27,565 nt of DNA from an uncultured archaeon (GTDB lineage: Archaea; Iainarchaeota; Iainarchaeia; Iainarchaeales; CSSED10-239). Shown here piece after piece: positions 26,100 to 27,565 of the stretch. The notes under the pieces are model-generated. The model made no database searches. It was not told where the DNA came from and worked only from the letters and a program-made list of their open reading frames with translations. The first letter of the stretch is position 1. Each line of letters starts with the position of its first letter. The position numbers and the translations under genes were made by a program. The stretch covers positions 10,593 to 38,157 of the forward strand of contig CAYXWT010000001.1 of NCBI GenBank assembly GCA_964468895.1, written 5' to 3'.

Positions 26100-26707
26100 T
26101 AAATATTATTAATTTTTTGTTTTAAAAGTAAATAGTTGTTATAAAAATTACTTAATTCTACAGAATACTTTTTGGATTTTAAAAACCATTCTAAATTAAT
26201 AATTTCATTTATTTTTTGTAATAAATAAGATGTATATTTTATATTAATATTATTATCTTTTAATATACTGTTTAAAGATGTATTAATATTAATAATTGTA
26301 TTATCATTTGAAATAATATCTATATTATTTATATATTTTTCTAAACTTAAAGTTATACTTTTAGCATCAATTTCTATATTATTAATTTCTGTATTAACTT
26401 TCCAGTTACCTTTATCTTTCCATTTATGTGTTGGATTTATACCTGTTTCAAAAAAGTCTATTAATTTTTGTTCTTGTCCTACAGGTAATATAATTGAATT
26501 TTTACCAGGTCTTATATAAGGTATATCTGAAATTACACCTTTTCTAAAATATATGTATACTTTATTATTTTTTTTAGTTACATTTTGATGATATCCATAT
26601 ATAGATCTAAATACTTTTTGATATAAATAAGAAGAATGTTTAATATTATCTTCAAAAATAAATTTATATTTTAAATATTTACATAATATTTTTTCCAAAT
26701 AAGACAC
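26099..26707 (-). CDS. Hypothetical protein (202 aa) with no recognisable family.
   Basis: The N-terminal 100 or so residues look like a compact alpha/beta domain (KFIFEDNI...YLYQKVFRSIYGYHQNV...VYIYFRKGVISDIPYIRPGKNSIILP). The C-terminal half is Asn/Ile-rich. Confidence 0.55.
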   Translation of the reverse strand: MSYLEKILCKYLKYKFIFEDNIKHSSYLYQKVFRSIYGYHQNVTKKNNKVYIYFRKGVISDIPYIRPGKNSIILPVGQEQKLIDFFETGINPTHKWKDKGNWKVNTEINNIEIDAKSITLSLEKYINNIDIISNDNTIININTSLNSILKDNNINIKYTSYLLQKINEIINLEWFLKSKKYSVELSNFYNNYLLLKQKINNI

Positions 26708-26877
26708 CCCATAGTTCTTGTAATAAACATATAATATAATAAATAATTTAATTATGTATAATTATAATTTATATATATAATATAAAGATAATAAGTTATA
26801 TAAATAGAATCTTTTATAAAGAAATAGATTATAAATTAAAATAATGATAGAATAAAGAAAAAAAAATAGATTATAAA

Positions 26878-27234
26878 TTATCTAGATTTAGTATATTTAC
26901 TTCTATATCCTATGTATTTTTTTCTAATATTAGATTTAGGATCTTTTTTTTCTTCTTTTTCTTCTATTTTAGCTTTACGTTTATTAGAAATAGGTATATT
27001 TCCAGAGTTAATTAATATTATATCATCTGCAGATATAACTTTTTTATAAGGTATACTATGTTCTGTAATTATTTTTTTAGCTTCTTGTTTAGAGTTTACT
27101 TTTAATGGTTGAGTAGTTATTGTTTCTATTACACCTTGTTCTAAATTAACAACTAAATCAAAAACTTTACCTCTATAAGTTGCATTTGTTTCATAGATAT
27201 CCATTCCAAATAATTTTGAAATTCTAATAGCCAT
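26878..27234 (-). CDS. PRC-barrel domain protein with a lysine-rich C-terminal tail (118 aa).
   Basis: Pattern FGMDIYETNATYRGKVFDLVVNLEQGVIETI...IPYKKVISADDIILIN. A GGAGG Shine-Dalgarno sequence lies 7 nt upstream, in the same 14-nt context as tuf. Confidence 0.7.
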   Translation of the reverse strand: MAIRISKLFGMDIYETNATYRGKVFDLVVNLEQGVIETITTQPLKVNSKQEAKKIITEHSIPYKKVISADDIILINSGNIPISNKRKAKIEEKEEKKDPKSNIRKKYIGYRSKYTKSR

Positions 27235-27238
27235 TTTA

Positions 27239-27252
27239 ATTCCTCCAATATA
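27239..27252 (-). promoter_or_regulatory. Shine-Dalgarno context TATATTGGAGGAAT upstream of the PRC-barrel gene, identical to the tuf leader.
   Basis: The plus strand reads attcctccaatata at 27239-27252. GGAGG lies 7 nt before the ATG at 27234. Confidence 0.5.
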
Positions 27253-27499
27253 GAATTATTATAAATTTTTTTAAAATATATTTTGTTATTTTTATTAGTA
27301 TTATATAGAAAAGATTAATCGAACTTTTTATAAACCTTACCTTTTAGTTTTATGAATATTTTATAAAAAACATAATTTTTTATTTAAATTTAATTATTTT
27401 AATAATTAATACAGGATGTGAGGGGTGTAAGTGTAATTTTTAAAATATTAATTCAAATATATTTAAAAATCTTTTATTAGATAACTTATTAGATTAAAT

Positions 27500-27565
27500 A
27501 TGAAATTTATTAATAATCTAATAATGAAAAAAAGAAATAAAACTATAGGTAAATTAAAAGTAAAA
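27500..27565 (+). CDS. Possible start of a CDS running off the right edge (MKFINNLIMKKRNKTIGKLKVK...).
   Basis: The frame is open from the ATG at 27500 to the window end. With only 22 codons visible, this could be chance in AT-rich DNA. Confidence 0.2.
   Translation, partial: MKFINNLIMKKRNKTIGKLKVK

Noticed and set aside
27411-27436. A locally G-rich patch (ACAGGATGTGAGGGGTGTAAGTGTAA) in the AT-rich right-hand intergenic region, considered as a small structured RNA or fragment.
   Set aside because: It is too short, has no complementary arm to form a stem, and matches no tRNA, C/D-box or other motif I can recognise.

Overview
This is a very AT-rich, gene-dense archaeal window. The archaeal call rests on aEF-1alpha, archaeal-type S10, TFE, Elp3, Trm56, Taw3, an initiator tRNA with an A1:U72 pair, and tRNA genes without encoded CCA. 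Short proteins and many Asn/Lys/Ile-rich orphan genes fit a small-genome, DPANN-like lineage, but that placement is inference.

Most of the window is informational housekeeping:
- A tuf-rps10-rtcB-prs block.
- tRNA-modification genes taw3, elp3 and trm56.
- tfe, four intron-less tRNAs (Phe-GAA, Lys-CUU, Lys-UUU, initiator Met-CAU), and an SPFH/stomatin protein.
- A DUF373 membrane protein, two PRC-barrel proteins and a truncated NFACT-N (RqcH-like) protein.

Several parts are not ordinary:
1. A co-directional block at 13576-19059 lies downstream of elp3. It encodes a small wHTH protein, a 116-aa Rossmann/CARF-like protein, a 1177-aa lipobox-anchored Asn-rich surface protein, and a 394-aa protein with two beta-sandwich domains.
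2. A tRNAiMet-adjacent module at 25089-26880 holds the longest non-coding stretch of the window. A dense, phased array of the palindrome GTAATTAC brackets a wHTH gene, next to an orphan 202-aa gene.
3. A complete bacterial-type, MutH-independent mutS-mutL operon carries clamp-binding-like motifs and starts 29 nt downstream of a tRNA cluster.
4. A membrane-anchored coiled-coil protein has a C-terminal Cys-His-Asp pattern like transglutaminase-fold enzymes.
5. A translationally coupled wHTH plus partial-gene pair sits at the left edge.

I saw no CRISPR array, integrase, transposase, rRNA or known defense gene. All family assignments come from motif recognition by eye, not from searches.
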